Under the pieces are notes generated by a model, which saw only the letters and a list, made by a program, of their open reading frames with translations, did no database searches and had not been told where the DNA came from. Positions 1-10,724 of a DNA stretch of 64,000 nucleotides are shown here, one piece after another. The first letter of the stretch is position 1, and every line of letters starts with the position of its first letter. The position numbers and the translations under genes were made by a program. Origin of the DNA: a virus; the IMG/VR virus record IMGVR_UViG_3300042564_003366, positions 1 to 64,000 of that record, one strand, 5' to 3'.

Positions 1-1695
1 TTTCAAACAATCGAAGAAACAGATCCTTTCTTATATAGTAATTTAAAAGAAAAATTAAAGTATTTTAATCCAGCATTCCATTCAACAACTCCAGAGGGGT
101 TAAACGGTAGATTAACATTTTTGCAACAATGTGTTAGACCAGGAAATACTATACCAACAATAAAGAAAGATGGGGTGAAAGATTTTAAAGATGCGAAAAA
201 TACATCTTTTGGTATTCCACCAATATTAGTATTAAGGGTAGGTGACTTTTTCCATACAAAAATAATACCAAACACATTAGGTCTTACTTATGAAAAGTTG
301 GATTTAAACCCAGAAGGGATTGGGGTTCAACCTATGATAGCAAAGGTTAATTTAGGATTTACATTTGTGGGGGGACATGGGTTAGCAAATGCTATAGATA
401 AGTTACAAAATGCTTTGAACTTTAATTATTATGCTAATACCGAAGTATATGACCCAAAAGCTGATGTTACCGATGAAAGTTTAAATGATACTGATAAAAA
501 AATATTAGATTATATTAAAGAAAAAGAAAAAGTTGCAGAAGAAAATAATAATCCAGACCAAACAACAAATTCCTATACAACTATTGGGGTAATAGATGAA
601 GCATCTGGGATGCTTAATTATTTTAGTATTTATAACTTAATGAAAAATGAAACTATTGCCTATATATCAACAATAAGTTCAATTGTGGAAGAAAATTTAA
701 AAAGATATAATTCTGATTTTATAAAATATATATTAACTAATGTTAATAATAGTAGTGGCGTGTATTTAACTACTTCTGATGATGAGTTTTTACTATTAGG
801 TATTCCAACTAGTTACCAATCAAGTTTAACTAGCGTATTAAATGAAATTAATAAGAGCATTAAAAATGGTAGTGATTTATTTATTGATAAAATAAAGAAA
901 GAATTTAAAAATAAAAAAGAAATAGAATCCGAGGTAAAGTCAAATTATATCTCATATCTTCAATCTGAATTTGATAAAGTAATAACAGATGTTAATTCAT
1001 TTGTTAATTCGTTAATAAAAGCACAAGAAAACTATCAAAGAGTAGTATCAAAATTATTGTTTGTTACATCTACATATCAAGGTGCACAAGGTTATGATGG
1101 GTATTTGGATAAAGATGGTAATGTTACGAGTTATAAGTTGACTATGGATCCAAAACCTATTAAAGATTTATTAGCTAGTGCCAAAGATGAAATTAAAAAT
1201 ACTATTAGTTATATTAATAATGGGAAAGTTGACCCATATACAATAATATCAAGTAACAAACAAGAAAGTTTAATATATTTTTTATTTTATGGTATATTAA
1301 AGAATAAAGAAAATTTAAATGATTTTAAAAGTAAAATTCTATTAAAATCATTATCTAATGATAATGTTACTTATAATAATACTATCAAAAAAATATTTGA
1401 GGATTATTGGAATAGTGTGATTAGTAATTATGATGCATTAAAATCTGAAGGTGAATCTACATATAAAACAACATTAGTTTCCGAAAAAACAAAAAGTGTT
1501 AATGCAATAAAAGGAATAGACGTTAAAGAAGTTGATTTTAAATATTCTTACTTATTTATAGAAAACCCAGATAATAATATAAAAGATGCTTTGTTTAATC
1601 TAAATAGTAAGTTAGATTATGATTCTACAAATCATAAAACTTGGAATAAGAATAAAAACAATTTTATTTTAGTTAAAAATAAATTATCAAAATAA
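1..1695 (+). CDS. Phage virion protein, probably tail-tube/baseplate associated (5'-truncated by window)
   Basis: Frame 1 is open from base 1 (FQTIEETDPFLYSNLKEKLKYFNPAFHSTTPEGLNGRLTFLQQC...), so the TTG at 121 is not the real start. The segment PPILVLRVGDFFHTKII...DLNPEGIGVQPMIAKV resembles tube-initiator-like domains. It lies directly upstream of LysM-like and hub genes. Confidence 0.55.
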   Translation, partial: FQTIEETDPFLYSNLKEKLKYFNPAFHSTTPEGLNGRLTFLQQCVRPGNTIPTIKKDGVKDFKDAKNTSFGIPPILVLRVGDFFHTKIIPNTLGLTYEKLDLNPEGIGVQPMIAKVNLGFTFVGGHGLANAIDKLQNALNFNYYANTEVYDPKADVTDESLNDTDKKILDYIKEKEKVAEENNNPDQTTNSYTTIGVIDEASGMLNYFSIYNLMKNETIAYISTISSIVEENLKRYNSDFIKYILTNVNNSSGVYLTTSDDEFLLLGIPTSYQSSLTSVLNEINKSIKNGSDLFIDKIKKEFKNKKEIESEVKSNYISYLQSEFDKVITDVNSFVNSLIKAQENYQRVVSKLLFVTSTYQGAQGYDGYLDKDGNVTSYKLTMDPKPIKDLLASAKDEIKNTISYINNGKVDPYTIISSNKQESLIYFLFYGILKNKENLNDFKSKILLKSLSNDNVTYNNTIKKIFEDYWNSVISNYDALKSEGESTYKTTLVSEKTKSVNAIKGIDVKEVDFKYSYLFIENPDNNIKDALFNLNSKLDYDSTNHKTWNKNKNNFILVKNKLSK

Positions 1696-2019
1696 ATGAA
1701 TTTAAAATATTATAATAGATATTCGCAATTCTCTGTGAATGGGGAACATAATACTGTTCCTTATGTTACTTTACCAAGTAAAAGTAGTGATAATGTTTAT
1801 TTTTATAAAAAGAATATAAGTAGGCTAGATAAGATATCACAACAATATTACCAAACTCCCTTCTTTGGGTGGTTAATATTAATTGCTAACCCCCAGTTTG
1901 GAGGATTGGAAACCAATATATATGATGGGGCAATGTTGAAAGTACCGTACCCCTTAGAAACGTCATTATTGGATTATAAAACAGAAGTAGAAACACATTT
2001 TTTTTATTATGGTAAATGA
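1696..2019 (+). CDS. LysM-like baseplate protein (T4 gp53 / P2 gpX-like)
   Basis: SRLDKISQQYYQTPFFGWLILIANP...LKVP fits the LysM-like tail X pattern. It is 107 aa and sits just before the hub gene. Confidence 0.7.
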   Translation: MNLKYYNRYSQFSVNGEHNTVPYVTLPSKSSDNVYFYKKNISRLDKISQQYYQTPFFGWLILIANPQFGGLETNIYDGAMLKVPYPLETSLLDYKTEVETHFFYYGK

Positions 2020-5000
2020 GCAAGGGGATATTAAGGTTATATATGATTACCAAAATGTGATATATATTGACCCAAATAAAATTGTTAGTAGTGATGGTAC
2101 AGTTAATGATAGGGGTGTTAGACATGAAGATTTTGTTATGTATGCAAATCTCGAAACTAAACTAATACCTAGAACTAAATTATTAGTTGGTACTAATGTT
2201 AATGATGATATTAGAACAATATCTTTAGCTAGTATTAATTTTTTAAAACCTAATACTGGGGATGATTTTTTCACCGCTAGTTATTATGACGAGTTTACAG
2301 GAAAGAACTCATTAAGCAACAATGGGGTTAATCAAAAAGAATCTAAAGTTGTTGTGGATGAGAATAGGTCTTATTTTAAGAATGATGCTATTAATATCCA
2401 AGATAATAGTTTGTTTGGTATAAAAAATATATCAATAAAAACAAATTCATCTTTTGTCCCAACGGTTAGTATAACTATGGAAGATAGCCAAGGTAGGGCG
2501 TTATTTAGTTTAGGTAATAAATCACCATATTCAGCATTTTTTAATTTGCCATATCCACCATTTTATTTAACAATTAAGGGATACTATGGTAAGGCGGTTA
2601 GATATGAATTAGTTTTAATTAAGTTTAATTCTAGGTTTAATTCTTCATCTGGGGATTATTCGGTTGATTTGGAATTCCTTGGTTATAAGTATAATGTTTT
2701 AACTGATATTAGTATTGGGCATTTATTGGCTTGCCCCCACATGTATACTAAGAAGTACGAAGTATCTACTACACAAGCATCAAACAAAAGTATTGAAAAA
2801 TTTGACATAAATACTGAATTAGGTTATCAAAAGATAATAGAAGTATATAAAGATTATAAATCAAAAAATTTATTAGACCCCTCATTTCCAGAATTAACTT
2901 TATCGCAATTAATTTCTAAATTAGAAATGTTTGAGCAGAACATTTTAAATTCTTTAAATAAAGTCCAAGTTCAAAAATTAACTGATGGTAAAAAATATAA
3001 ATCAAATATTGAACTTTACTATAAATCAATAAGGGGTGGGGCTAAATCTTGGTTTACTAAGTATATAGATTCGAGACCTATTATATTAAAGACTGACGAG
3101 AAGAATACATTTATTTCAACAGAGGAAAATCTAGTTTATACATTCAAAGATGATATAACAAAAAATCCAGCGGAGAATAAAATAGAACTAGCAATAACTG
3201 AATTAAAAAAGATTATTGAAGATTATAACAAAAGTTTGTTAGAAAATGAAACATTTGGTAAAAACAAAACGCATTCGATAAATAATAATATTAAATACGA
3301 TTTGCTTGTTACGACAATAATAGAAGACCAAATTGACTGTGCTAAAAGTTTTGCATCTAGGGGTGGGTTTATTAGTCCAACAGTTAACACTAACGAGTAT
3401 TGTAAAAATATTAGAGATAAGATTTTTATTGACTATACGTTAGATGGGGTTAAGAAGACAGCACCGTTTTTTGTAATGAACAAATTTATAAAAGAAATAA
3501 ATAATATTGAATCAACATTCATTAGAGAATACAATAATATTGAAAGAACATTAAGTCTTGAATTGGCTAAAAAGGTTGAAAACAAAGAAACTGGTATAGG
3601 ATTTAGCCCAACAATTAAAAACGTTATTGCTGTTATTATGGCATCAACAGAAGCGTTTTTGAGGTTACTTGAAGATGTACATGAGAACGCTTGGTCAGTT
3701 AAAGATGATAGAGATAGATTTAATAGTGTTATTAATGATGATAGTCAAGATATTCCAGAAGCGGAAAAAGTTGTATTTCCTTGGCCTTTAGTTTTCTATG
3801 AAACAAATAAGGAGAAGGCTAACAAATATGAATTAATATATCCAGGGGATCCTAGTATTATACAAACGACAAAGGCGTATTACTATGATAAATGGCCAGA
3901 AGTAGAATTTGTGGAAGAATATTTAAAGGGTTTAGTTAAAAGGTTTGAAACCCCCTCAATTAACGATGTGTTGAATAGCGATGAATATATTAATACTAGA
4001 TTTACTTTAAATACTAATGAATATCCATTTAGTAATATACCATATTTTTCGATATCAAATTCTCAATTCTTATATGAGATATGGGATAGGCATTTTTATT
4101 CAATACATACATCTGGGTTAGCCTCAATTCCCCAAACAAGCGATACAACTATTATTGATTTTATTTCAAAAAACGAATCAAACAATATTAATACAAGTTT
4201 GGAATCAAATTCTATTTTGTTTTTACAAAAATTACAAAAATACCTTAATTCAGATGGGGGACTTAATGGGGATAATTATAATGATTTATTATTACAAATA
4301 TCTAATGGTGTTTCAGAAAACTACCAGAGGTATTTAGATGGTTATTATAACACAAATTATATAAATAATTTAGCAACGTACCCCAGCCAAATATATAATA
4401 TTGATACATTCACTAAATTAAGTGATAAATTTATAAATACATTAACTAGTTCCGAGATAACTAAAATATCAAATACAATTACTCAAGCGCCAATAATTGA
4501 TAATATTAATTGGTTTTACCCTTACTCATATTCTGCTTGGACTGAAACAAATTTAAATTTAAAAACAAGCAATATAACAAATTCTTATGATACTAAGGGT
4601 ACTGTATTTTTTAATTCTAGTAGGAATGTTATAACTAATTTTAGGGATGTAAACGACATTATCAATAATAGACCATTTAAGTATTTTGCTGATGATACAA
4701 ATAAAAAATTAATGTATGGGGATGTATATCAAGAAAACTATATGTCTAGTAAGGAGATATCTCTATTAAATACCCCTATTTTCACAAATGCAATAATTTC
4801 TGGTATTCAGAAATGGAGGTCTAATAATGATTATCCATTTATTGCTGCATCATATATTTTCTTAAATTCTCTACCATTATCAAATCTTAGTGATTTTTTA
4901 ATTAATAAAAATACAAATAATAAAAATGGATTTTTATTTGCTTCATTTATAAAATATTCTGCCATCCATAAATTACCGTATGCTTGGATTTTGAAATACG

Positions 5001-8000
5001 GTTCAATATGGCATAGGTATAAAAATTATGTAAACACAAATACTGACATTCTGGATGAAGTTTGGAAAGATTTTGATTATAAACAAAATTATAATACAGA
5101 TTCAGATTTTAAATATGCTATTGATAAGACAACAAATATTTCGTTAAAAAATGGACAAAATGTCAATACTGGATTTTATCCAAAATTAATTAATGATTTT
5201 AATGTATTTGTAAATGGTTTTGATTTATTTAGGGATTATTCAAATGAAGAATTAGCTGACTTGCAGAATAGGGGGCTTAAAATTATAAATAATTATAATT
5301 ACAATTATAGTGGATTAACCTTCAACAATTGGAGCGTACTTGTTCCAAAAAATATTTATGATGGATTATTTTTTTCTGGATATTGTTTTGATAACCAGTA
5401 TGGGGTTGATACAAATTATTACACATTACCATCATTCAATTCTGGGAAACAAACAATATCAGGCACAACACAACCATTAACAGAAGATGATTTAATAAAA
5501 GTAGCACATAATGGATCTATTAAATTATTGTATAATGACGAGGTGAATAGTTTTGATTTTACTGACTTAAAAAAACCAAATTATAATGAATATTTAAATA
5601 TCCAAAAGGATACAAATAATGCTTATACTTTGGGTATGGATTTGGCTACCACATATAGTAGTATTGAAGATATTTTTTCGGTATTTGACTATGATACGTT
5701 AAACTTATTTGAGAAGGAGTTTTTGGAATTTAGCAAGTCAATATATGATATTAATTATGTTGAAGATGACGCACAAATAAGTTTACTTGGGCTAGACTAT
5801 CAAGATGAGAACACCCAATATAGGAATTTCCAATTATTATTTAGGCAACTAATGGAAGTGCCCCCTAACTCTAATCCTAATATTGATTTTATTACTCAAT
5901 CATCGACATATCAAGATACCAATGTTAGGAGGATTATATCTGGGTTGTTAGATTATGATGTATTATTTAAGTTCGGTAATCCAACGCAATACAATAATAT
6001 AACATATAATTCGTTAATGAAACATATTAGCAACAAGTCTAATATATCAAACCCCCTAACTTTCAGACCGTATGTTAAGAATAGTTTACCTAGGGATGTT
6101 TCGTTATTAACCTCAGAAGCGATAAATCCAGCAGCTTGGAAAGCGATTAAATTACATGTTGGATTTTCAACAATAGATGAATTAAAGTATGATGATACGG
6201 GTTCTTATATTACAGATTTCTTTATTGATAATAGTATTGAGTTTACTGAATCTAATGTAATTAGGTTTTCGCATTTTATAAAAATGTATGCAACTCAAAA
6301 ATTAAAATTGCCCCAGTTGACATCAAACGGATTTTATTCTAGTTTGAAAACGAATCAAGATATTTTGTTGGGGTTGGTATCAAATACTTTAACGCAAACT
6401 TTAATAGAAGTCAAGAAAAATGTTAGTAATGTTAAGATTGCTCAAATTAATGTTGTGGACACAGCTGTTGATAGTAAATTATCCAAGTATGATTTATATG
6501 AGACATTTAAGGCAATAAATGATAAATGGATTTCAGGATCGGATTATAAAAATAGAACTTTGTTTGAGGATGTATTATTCTTGGATAGGGGTTCAAGGAA
6601 TATAGGGGATTTATATTATGCTGATATTTTTGATTTAAAAAAGATTTTTAACGACAGGAATATAAATCTTAATATGCCCATCTTTAATTTTATTGGGGGT
6701 ATTCTAAGGAAGAATAATTTTAATATTTTCCCAATGCCATCCTATGTTAATTTTTATGGTGCGTTATCACCGGGGGATTCTATAAATGATGTTGTGCAAA
6801 GTGCGACAGAGGTGGCTAATGATACTTGGGGAACATTCACTGACGTTGATTATAGAAAGTCAGGACCTAAATTGGTTTGCGTTTATTCTGGTAGGGATTC
6901 TACAACATTAAAAGGAAATAGAGATTTTAGATTTCACGATGATTCTTTTGATTGGGATAGGTCACAAGAAATTCCTTTTTTGGAGGATCAGACAAACAAA
7001 ACAGATTGGTCGCAATCAAATAAATGCGTTAGCTTTCTTGTTGATGTTGGGGTTCAAAATCAAGCAATATTTCATGGTGTTGATGTTGACCAAAACAATG
7101 GGGCAGCTACCGCAGAATCATTACAAATGATTGAGAATATAAGAAACTCCGTATCAAACAGAGGCGTGGCGACACAAAATGTTTCTATGTTTAATTTATA
7201 TAAAAATTTGAGTTATACCGCAACCATAAGAAGTATGGGTAACGCTTTAATTCAACCAACTATGTATTTTAAATTGCAACATTTACCTATGTTTGAAGGA
7301 CCTTATTTCATTACCGAGGTTAGCCATACAATAAGCCCAGGTGTTTTTGAAACGGTATTTAAAGGGGTTAGGCAAAGTATATATGCCCCCCCAACGATAG
7401 ATACTTATCTGGCGAGTATTAATGAAAATTTATTAACAAAGATACAAAGTCAGTTTTCAAAAACAATAAAGAGTGATATAATAGCTACGGATACACCAAC
7501 AAATAACAACCAAAGTGGAAAGAGTGTACCAACAAGTAGTAGTGGTTGTGCTATTCTGTTATATTCAACATATACTGGATTTACACAGAATAATGAAATT
7601 AATATTAAAACATTATCGTCAAAAGAATTATATTCCGCAATAACGGCAAAAGTTCCAAATACAAATTATGCTAATTTAATTTATATTATTTCATATTTGG
7701 CATCGTTTGATAATAATAATTTCAAGGCTAATCATTATAATTTTGGTAATGTTTGGTTGACCTATAATCGGGGTAATATAACTAATTATAATCAAAATAT
7801 TGAACAATTCTTTTGCTCAAAAAATTTGGTTACATCAAGCGAGCAGCCATATGCAATATTCCCATCATTAGATTCATATATTGATTATATGGCTAGGGTT
7901 ATTGAAAGAGTTTATGGAAAACTAGATTATTATAATCAAGTTAATGAGGTTGATCCTACCAGAGCACCTATTGTTGATGCTTATATAATATCTTGGTTAT

Positions 8001-8695
8001 ATGGAGAAGATTCAATTGGTGAAGTTAATGCTTCGAATACTTATGCTAAATTGAATGCTAGCGGATATTATGATAAATTAAAGTTAAAAACAAAAGCCGC
8101 TGGGGATAGTCTAAAAGCAATAAATCCAAAAGCATTTGAGAAAGAAGTAGAAACTTATGTTAAAGTGGAAAATTCCTTAAATAAAGAGGAGAAAATAACA
8201 ACAGTTGAAGAAGGTTGTACTTTCTCATATAAAGCACCAAATGTTGTGACAAGTATGTCGATAGGACAATTATCTGTACCTTACAATCTTAAAGTAACAT
8301 ATAACACAAAAAAGATTGAGGAGTTATTTTATACAGAAAACGTTACAAAAGAAATTGAGAATATATTAATTAAGTTATATGCATCAAATAATAATATAGA
8401 AATTGTTAAATTTGATATTGTTGTTAATTCTGGGACAACAGGTTACGACATAACATTTATTGCTGACATAGACCAATCCGCTGATTTACCATATACTGGT
8501 ATAAAAATATTGGGAGGTAAAACATCAGATAGTAATATAACTGAGAATAATTTAAAAAACAAGATTGAATCTTCACAAAATTATAATAAAGAAAAAGATA
8601 ATATTATAGTAGCCACTAAAGATATTTCACAGTTTGGCATAAAATATTGTTATGCTAGATATACAAAAATAAATTTATATCCTAAACTTGAATAG
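2009..8695 (+). CDS. Very large baseplate hub protein (gp27/gpD-like), possible C-terminal muralytic-like domain
   Basis: 2228 aa. YTATIRSMGNALIQPTMYF...GPYFITEVSHTISPGVFETVFKGVR (about 7214-7372) matches the gpD/gp27 hub C-terminal pattern. N-terminal FGIKNISIKTNSSFVPTVSITMED is also hub-like. Confidence 0.6.
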   Translation: MVNEQGDIKVIYDYQNVIYIDPNKIVSSDGTVNDRGVRHEDFVMYANLETKLIPRTKLLVGTNVNDDIRTISLASINFLKPNTGDDFFTASYYDEFTGKNSLSNNGVNQKESKVVVDENRSYFKNDAINIQDNSLFGIKNISIKTNSSFVPTVSITMEDSQGRALFSLGNKSPYSAFFNLPYPPFYLTIKGYYGKAVRYELVLIKFNSRFNSSSGDYSVDLEFLGYKYNVLTDISIGHLLACPHMYTKKYEVSTTQASNKSIEKFDINTELGYQKIIEVYKDYKSKNLLDPSFPELTLSQLISKLEMFEQNILNSLNKVQVQKLTDGKKYKSNIELYYKSIRGGAKSWFTKYIDSRPIILKTDEKNTFISTEENLVYTFKDDITKNPAENKIELAITELKKIIEDYNKSLLENETFGKNKTHSINNNIKYDLLVTTIIEDQIDCAKSFASRGGFISPTVNTNEYCKNIRDKIFIDYTLDGVKKTAPFFVMNKFIKEINNIESTFIREYNNIERTLSLELAKKVENKETGIGFSPTIKNVIAVIMASTEAFLRLLEDVHENAWSVKDDRDRFNSVINDDSQDIPEAEKVVFPWPLVFYETNKEKANKYELIYPGDPSIIQTTKAYYYDKWPEVEFVEEYLKGLVKRFETPSINDVLNSDEYINTRFTLNTNEYPFSNIPYFSISNSQFLYEIWDRHFYSIHTSGLASIPQTSDTTIIDFISKNESNNINTSLESNSILFLQKLQKYLNSDGGLNGDNYNDLLLQISNGVSENYQRYLDGYYNTNYINNLATYPSQIYNIDTFTKLSDKFINTLTSSEITKISNTITQAPIIDNINWFYPYSYSAWTETNLNLKTSNITNSYDTKGTVFFNSSRNVITNFRDVNDIINNRPFKYFADDTNKKLMYGDVYQENYMSSKEISLLNTPIFTNAIISGIQKWRSNNDYPFIAASYIFLNSLPLSNLSDFLINKNTNNKNGFLFASFIKYSAIHKLPYAWILKYGSIWHRYKNYVNTNTDILDEVWKDFDYKQNYNTDSDFKYAIDKTTNISLKNGQNVNTGFYPKLINDFNVFVNGFDLFRDYSNEELADLQNRGLKIINNYNYNYSGLTFNNWSVLVPKNIYDGLFFSGYCFDNQYGVDTNYYTLPSFNSGKQTISGTTQPLTEDDLIKVAHNGSIKLLYNDEVNSFDFTDLKKPNYNEYLNIQKDTNNAYTLGMDLATTYSSIEDIFSVFDYDTLNLFEKEFLEFSKSIYDINYVEDDAQISLLGLDYQDENTQYRNFQLLFRQLMEVPPNSNPNIDFITQSSTYQDTNVRRIISGLLDYDVLFKFGNPTQYNNITYNSLMKHISNKSNISNPLTFRPYVKNSLPRDVSLLTSEAINPAAWKAIKLHVGFSTIDELKYDDTGSYITDFFIDNSIEFTESNVIRFSHFIKMYATQKLKLPQLTSNGFYSSLKTNQDILLGLVSNTLTQTLIEVKKNVSNVKIAQINVVDTAVDSKLSKYDLYETFKAINDKWISGSDYKNRTLFEDVLFLDRGSRNIGDLYYADIFDLKKIFNDRNINLNMPIFNFIGGILRKNNFNIFPMPSYVNFYGALSPGDSINDVVQSATEVANDTWGTFTDVDYRKSGPKLVCVYSGRDSTTLKGNRDFRFHDDSFDWDRSQEIPFLEDQTNKTDWSQSNKCVSFLVDVGVQNQAIFHGVDVDQNNGAATAESLQMIENIRNSVSNRGVATQNVSMFNLYKNLSYTATIRSMGNALIQPTMYFKLQHLPMFEGPYFITEVSHTISPGVFETVFKGVRQSIYAPPTIDTYLASINENLLTKIQSQFSKTIKSDIIATDTPTNNNQSGKSVPTSSSGCAILLYSTYTGFTQNNEINIKTLSSKELYSAITAKVPNTNYANLIYIISYLASFDNNNFKANHYNFGNVWLTYNRGNITNYNQNIEQFFCSKNLVTSSEQPYAIFPSLDSYIDYMARVIERVYGKLDYYNQVNEVDPTRAPIVDAYIISWLYGEDSIGEVNASNTYAKLNASGYYDKLKLKTKAAGDSLKAINPKAFEKEVETYVKVENSLNKEEKITTVEEGCTFSYKAPNVVTSMSIGQLSVPYNLKVTYNTKKIEELFYTENVTKEIENILIKLYASNNNIEIVKFDIVVNSGTTGYDITFIADIDQSADLPYTGIKILGGKTSDSNITENNLKNKIESSQNYNKEKDNIIVATKDISQFGIKYCYARYTKINLYPKLE

Positions 8696-8714
8696 ATTAT
8701 TTTAACATTTAAGA

Positions 8715-8722
8715 TATTTATA
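8715..8722 (+). promoter_or_regulatory. Putative late promoter TATTTATA
   Basis: 15 nt upstream of ATG 8738. The same motif and spacing recur before several structural genes. Confidence 0.55.
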
Positions 8723-8737
8723 ATAAAAATAATAATT

Positions 8738-8962
8738 ATGAGCATTATTGAAAATCTAAATAATTACTTAGATGATACAAAAAACAAAAAAAATTCATTA
8801 CTAGATGATGGTTCACATCAAGTTTGTGATTTAATAACTGGGGAATGTTTTGTTGTTAAAGAAAAAGATGGATTAATTGAACGTAATGATAATAACAGAG
8901 TTGCAAATAGAAATGTTAAAGTTAAAACCAATGGTGGTTTAAAAGAACTATTAAATGACTAA
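8738..8962 (+). CDS. Hypothetical protein (74 aa)
   Basis: ATG in A-rich context after the TATTTATA motif; contains a CDLITGEC motif. Confidence 0.7.
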   Translation: MSIIENLNNYLDDTKNKKNSLLDDGSHQVCDLITGECFVVKEKDGLIERNDNNRVANRNVKVKTNGGLKELLND

Positions 8963-8980
8963 TTTTTAAAATAAAAAAAA

Positions 8981-9694
8981 ATGAAGATAGATCAGAAAAT
9001 ATTAAATGAAATTAACCGTTATCACAAGATAAATAATTATATTACGGAGCAAGCTGCACCACCTCCACCCCCACCACCTCCAGGTGGCGAATTAGACCCA
9101 GCAGCAGGCGGTATACCAAATGCACCAGTTACACCTCCTGGCGAGGTATCACCTATCCCACCAACGGAACCAGGGGGTACAGACCCATTAAGTACAACAG
9201 AGCCAGAGATTATTGATGTTAACATGGATGATGATGTTACTGCAATTGATGATGAAGGTGGTAGCGAAGAAAGTGGAAATGAAGGTGGTGATTCTGAAGA
9301 GTTAGATATCACAGACTTGGTTACTTCACAAAAATCAATGGAGACTAAGCAAAACGAATACTTTGATAATTTATTTGGACAATTAAATAAGTTAGAAACA
9401 AAGTTGACTGAAATGGATAAGATTTTTGATAAGTTAACAGCAATGGAAACTAAGATTGAGAAGTATAGAGAAAAAACACCAGAAGAAAAATTAGAGTTAA
9501 GGACTTATGATTCATATCCTTTTAATCAAAAGTTATCTGATTTCTTTGATGACAAACAACAAGACATGCAAAAAAGTGGTAAGAATGAATATGTTCTAAC
9601 ATCTGATGATGTCATAGATATAAATCCTGACGAGGTTAAAAATACCTTTAACCAAGATTACGAGGAGGACGATTCATTTGATATTAAATTTTAA
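8981..9694 (+). CDS. Acidic, proline-rich coiled-coil protein (possible scaffold or head-internal protein)
   Basis: Poly-Pro run, very acidic middle, heptad-like LNKLETKLTEMDKIFDKLTAMETKIEK. Function is inferred only. Confidence 0.6.
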   Translation: MKIDQKILNEINRYHKINNYITEQAAPPPPPPPPGGELDPAAGGIPNAPVTPPGEVSPIPPTEPGGTDPLSTTEPEIIDVNMDDDVTAIDDEGGSEESGNEGGDSEELDITDLVTSQKSMETKQNEYFDNLFGQLNKLETKLTEMDKIFDKLTAMETKIEKYREKTPEEKLELRTYDSYPFNQKLSDFFDDKQQDMQKSGKNEYVLTSDDVIDINPDEVKNTFNQDYEEDDSFDIKF

Positions 9695-9725
9695 AAAAAA
9701 AGGGGTGAATAACCCCTTTTTTTTT
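9693..9725. terminator. Intrinsic, potentially bidirectional terminator
   Basis: AAAAAAAAAGGGGT-GAATA-ACCCCTTTTTTTTT perfect hairpin with A- and T-tracts at the stop of 8981..9694. Confidence 0.85.
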
Positions 9726-9779
9726 GGGATAAAGTTTCCTATACTTGTGGTATTAAATAATTAATCAAAAAACATAAGT

Positions 9780-10640
9780 ATGGGAAGTTTAGATGCCATT
9801 ATGGCGCAGTACGACAAAAATCAAAAGGGGAAGACCCAATTAACGGAAGAGGAGAGAATGAAGAGGTATTTTACATTGTTACTAAGTGAGAAAGAAACTA
9901 CTGGGCAGAGACGAATTAGAATTTTACCGACAAATGATGGTAGCACTCCTTTTAAAGAGGCTCATTTCCACGAAGTTAGAGTTAAAGGTTATACTCAAAA
10001 ATTTTATGACCCAGGTTTGAATGACAATGAGGCTTCGCCATTGACTGACATTTATAACACTCTAAGAGCAACTGGTAAAAAGGAAGATGAAGAAATGGCT
10101 AAAGAATATAAGCCAAGATTATTCTATGTATTAAAGGTTATTGATAGAGACCACGAGGAAGATGGTCCGAAGTATTGGAGATTTAAGCATAACTACAAGA
10201 AAGATGGTATCTTAGATAAGATTATTCCAATCATCAGAACAAAGGGGGACATTACCGATATAGATAATGGCAGAGATTTAATTATTGATTTAGTTAAAAC
10301 TAAAACCCCAAAAGGTAAAGAATATACAACAGTTTCGACAATTATGTTTGACGACCCAACTCCATTATCGACTGATGCGGAGTTAGTTAAAAAATGGTCA
10401 AATGATGAATCGACTTGGAAAGATGTTTATACAAAAAAACCAAAAGAATATTTAGAAGCTATTGGTAGAGGGGAGACCCCACAATGGGATAATAATCTAG
10501 GTAAATTTGTGTATTTAAACACAACAAGTGACGATAATTCTTTTGGTGGCGGGGCAACCGTTGCAAAAAATGCAACAGTTCAGCAAACAAGCGTTATTGT
10601 TGATGATGCGGACTATGCTGATGATGATTTACCATTCTAA
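9780..10640 (+). CDS. Single-stranded DNA-binding protein, T4 gp32-like
   Basis: RIRILP..DGSTPF, KVIDRD.EEDGPKYWRF, DITDIDNGRDLII and an acidic tail ending DDDLPF. Adjacent to the recombinase. Confidence 0.8.
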   Translation: MGSLDAIMAQYDKNQKGKTQLTEEERMKRYFTLLLSEKETTGQRRIRILPTNDGSTPFKEAHFHEVRVKGYTQKFYDPGLNDNEASPLTDIYNTLRATGKKEDEEMAKEYKPRLFYVLKVIDRDHEEDGPKYWRFKHNYKKDGILDKIIPIIRTKGDITDIDNGRDLIIDLVKTKTPKGKEYTTVSTIMFDDPTPLSTDAELVKKWSNDESTWKDVYTKKPKEYLEAIGRGETPQWDNNLGKFVYLNTTSDDNSFGGGATVAKNATVQQTSVIVDDADYADDDLPF

Positions 10641-10652
10641 TTAACCTAAAAT

Positions 10653-10703
10653 AGATTTTTTGCGCAAAGTATTGTTTTATGGTACTTTGTGCAAAAAATA
10701 TCT
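10653..10703. other. Long intergenic inverted repeat / RNA hairpin
   Basis: AGATTTTTTGCGCAAAGTA (10653-10671) pairs with TACTTTGTGCAAAAAATATCT (10683-10703), allowing one G-U and a small bulge. Confidence 0.6.
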
Positions 10704-10724
10704 TTTCTTAAATCAAAAAAATAT

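Noticed and set aside
9723-9747. Bacteroidota housekeeping promoter (TTTG ... TAnnTTTG) before the SSB gene
   Set aside because: TATACTTG has one mismatch and the spacer to TTTG is only 13 nt, shorter than usual. Plausible but not supportable.
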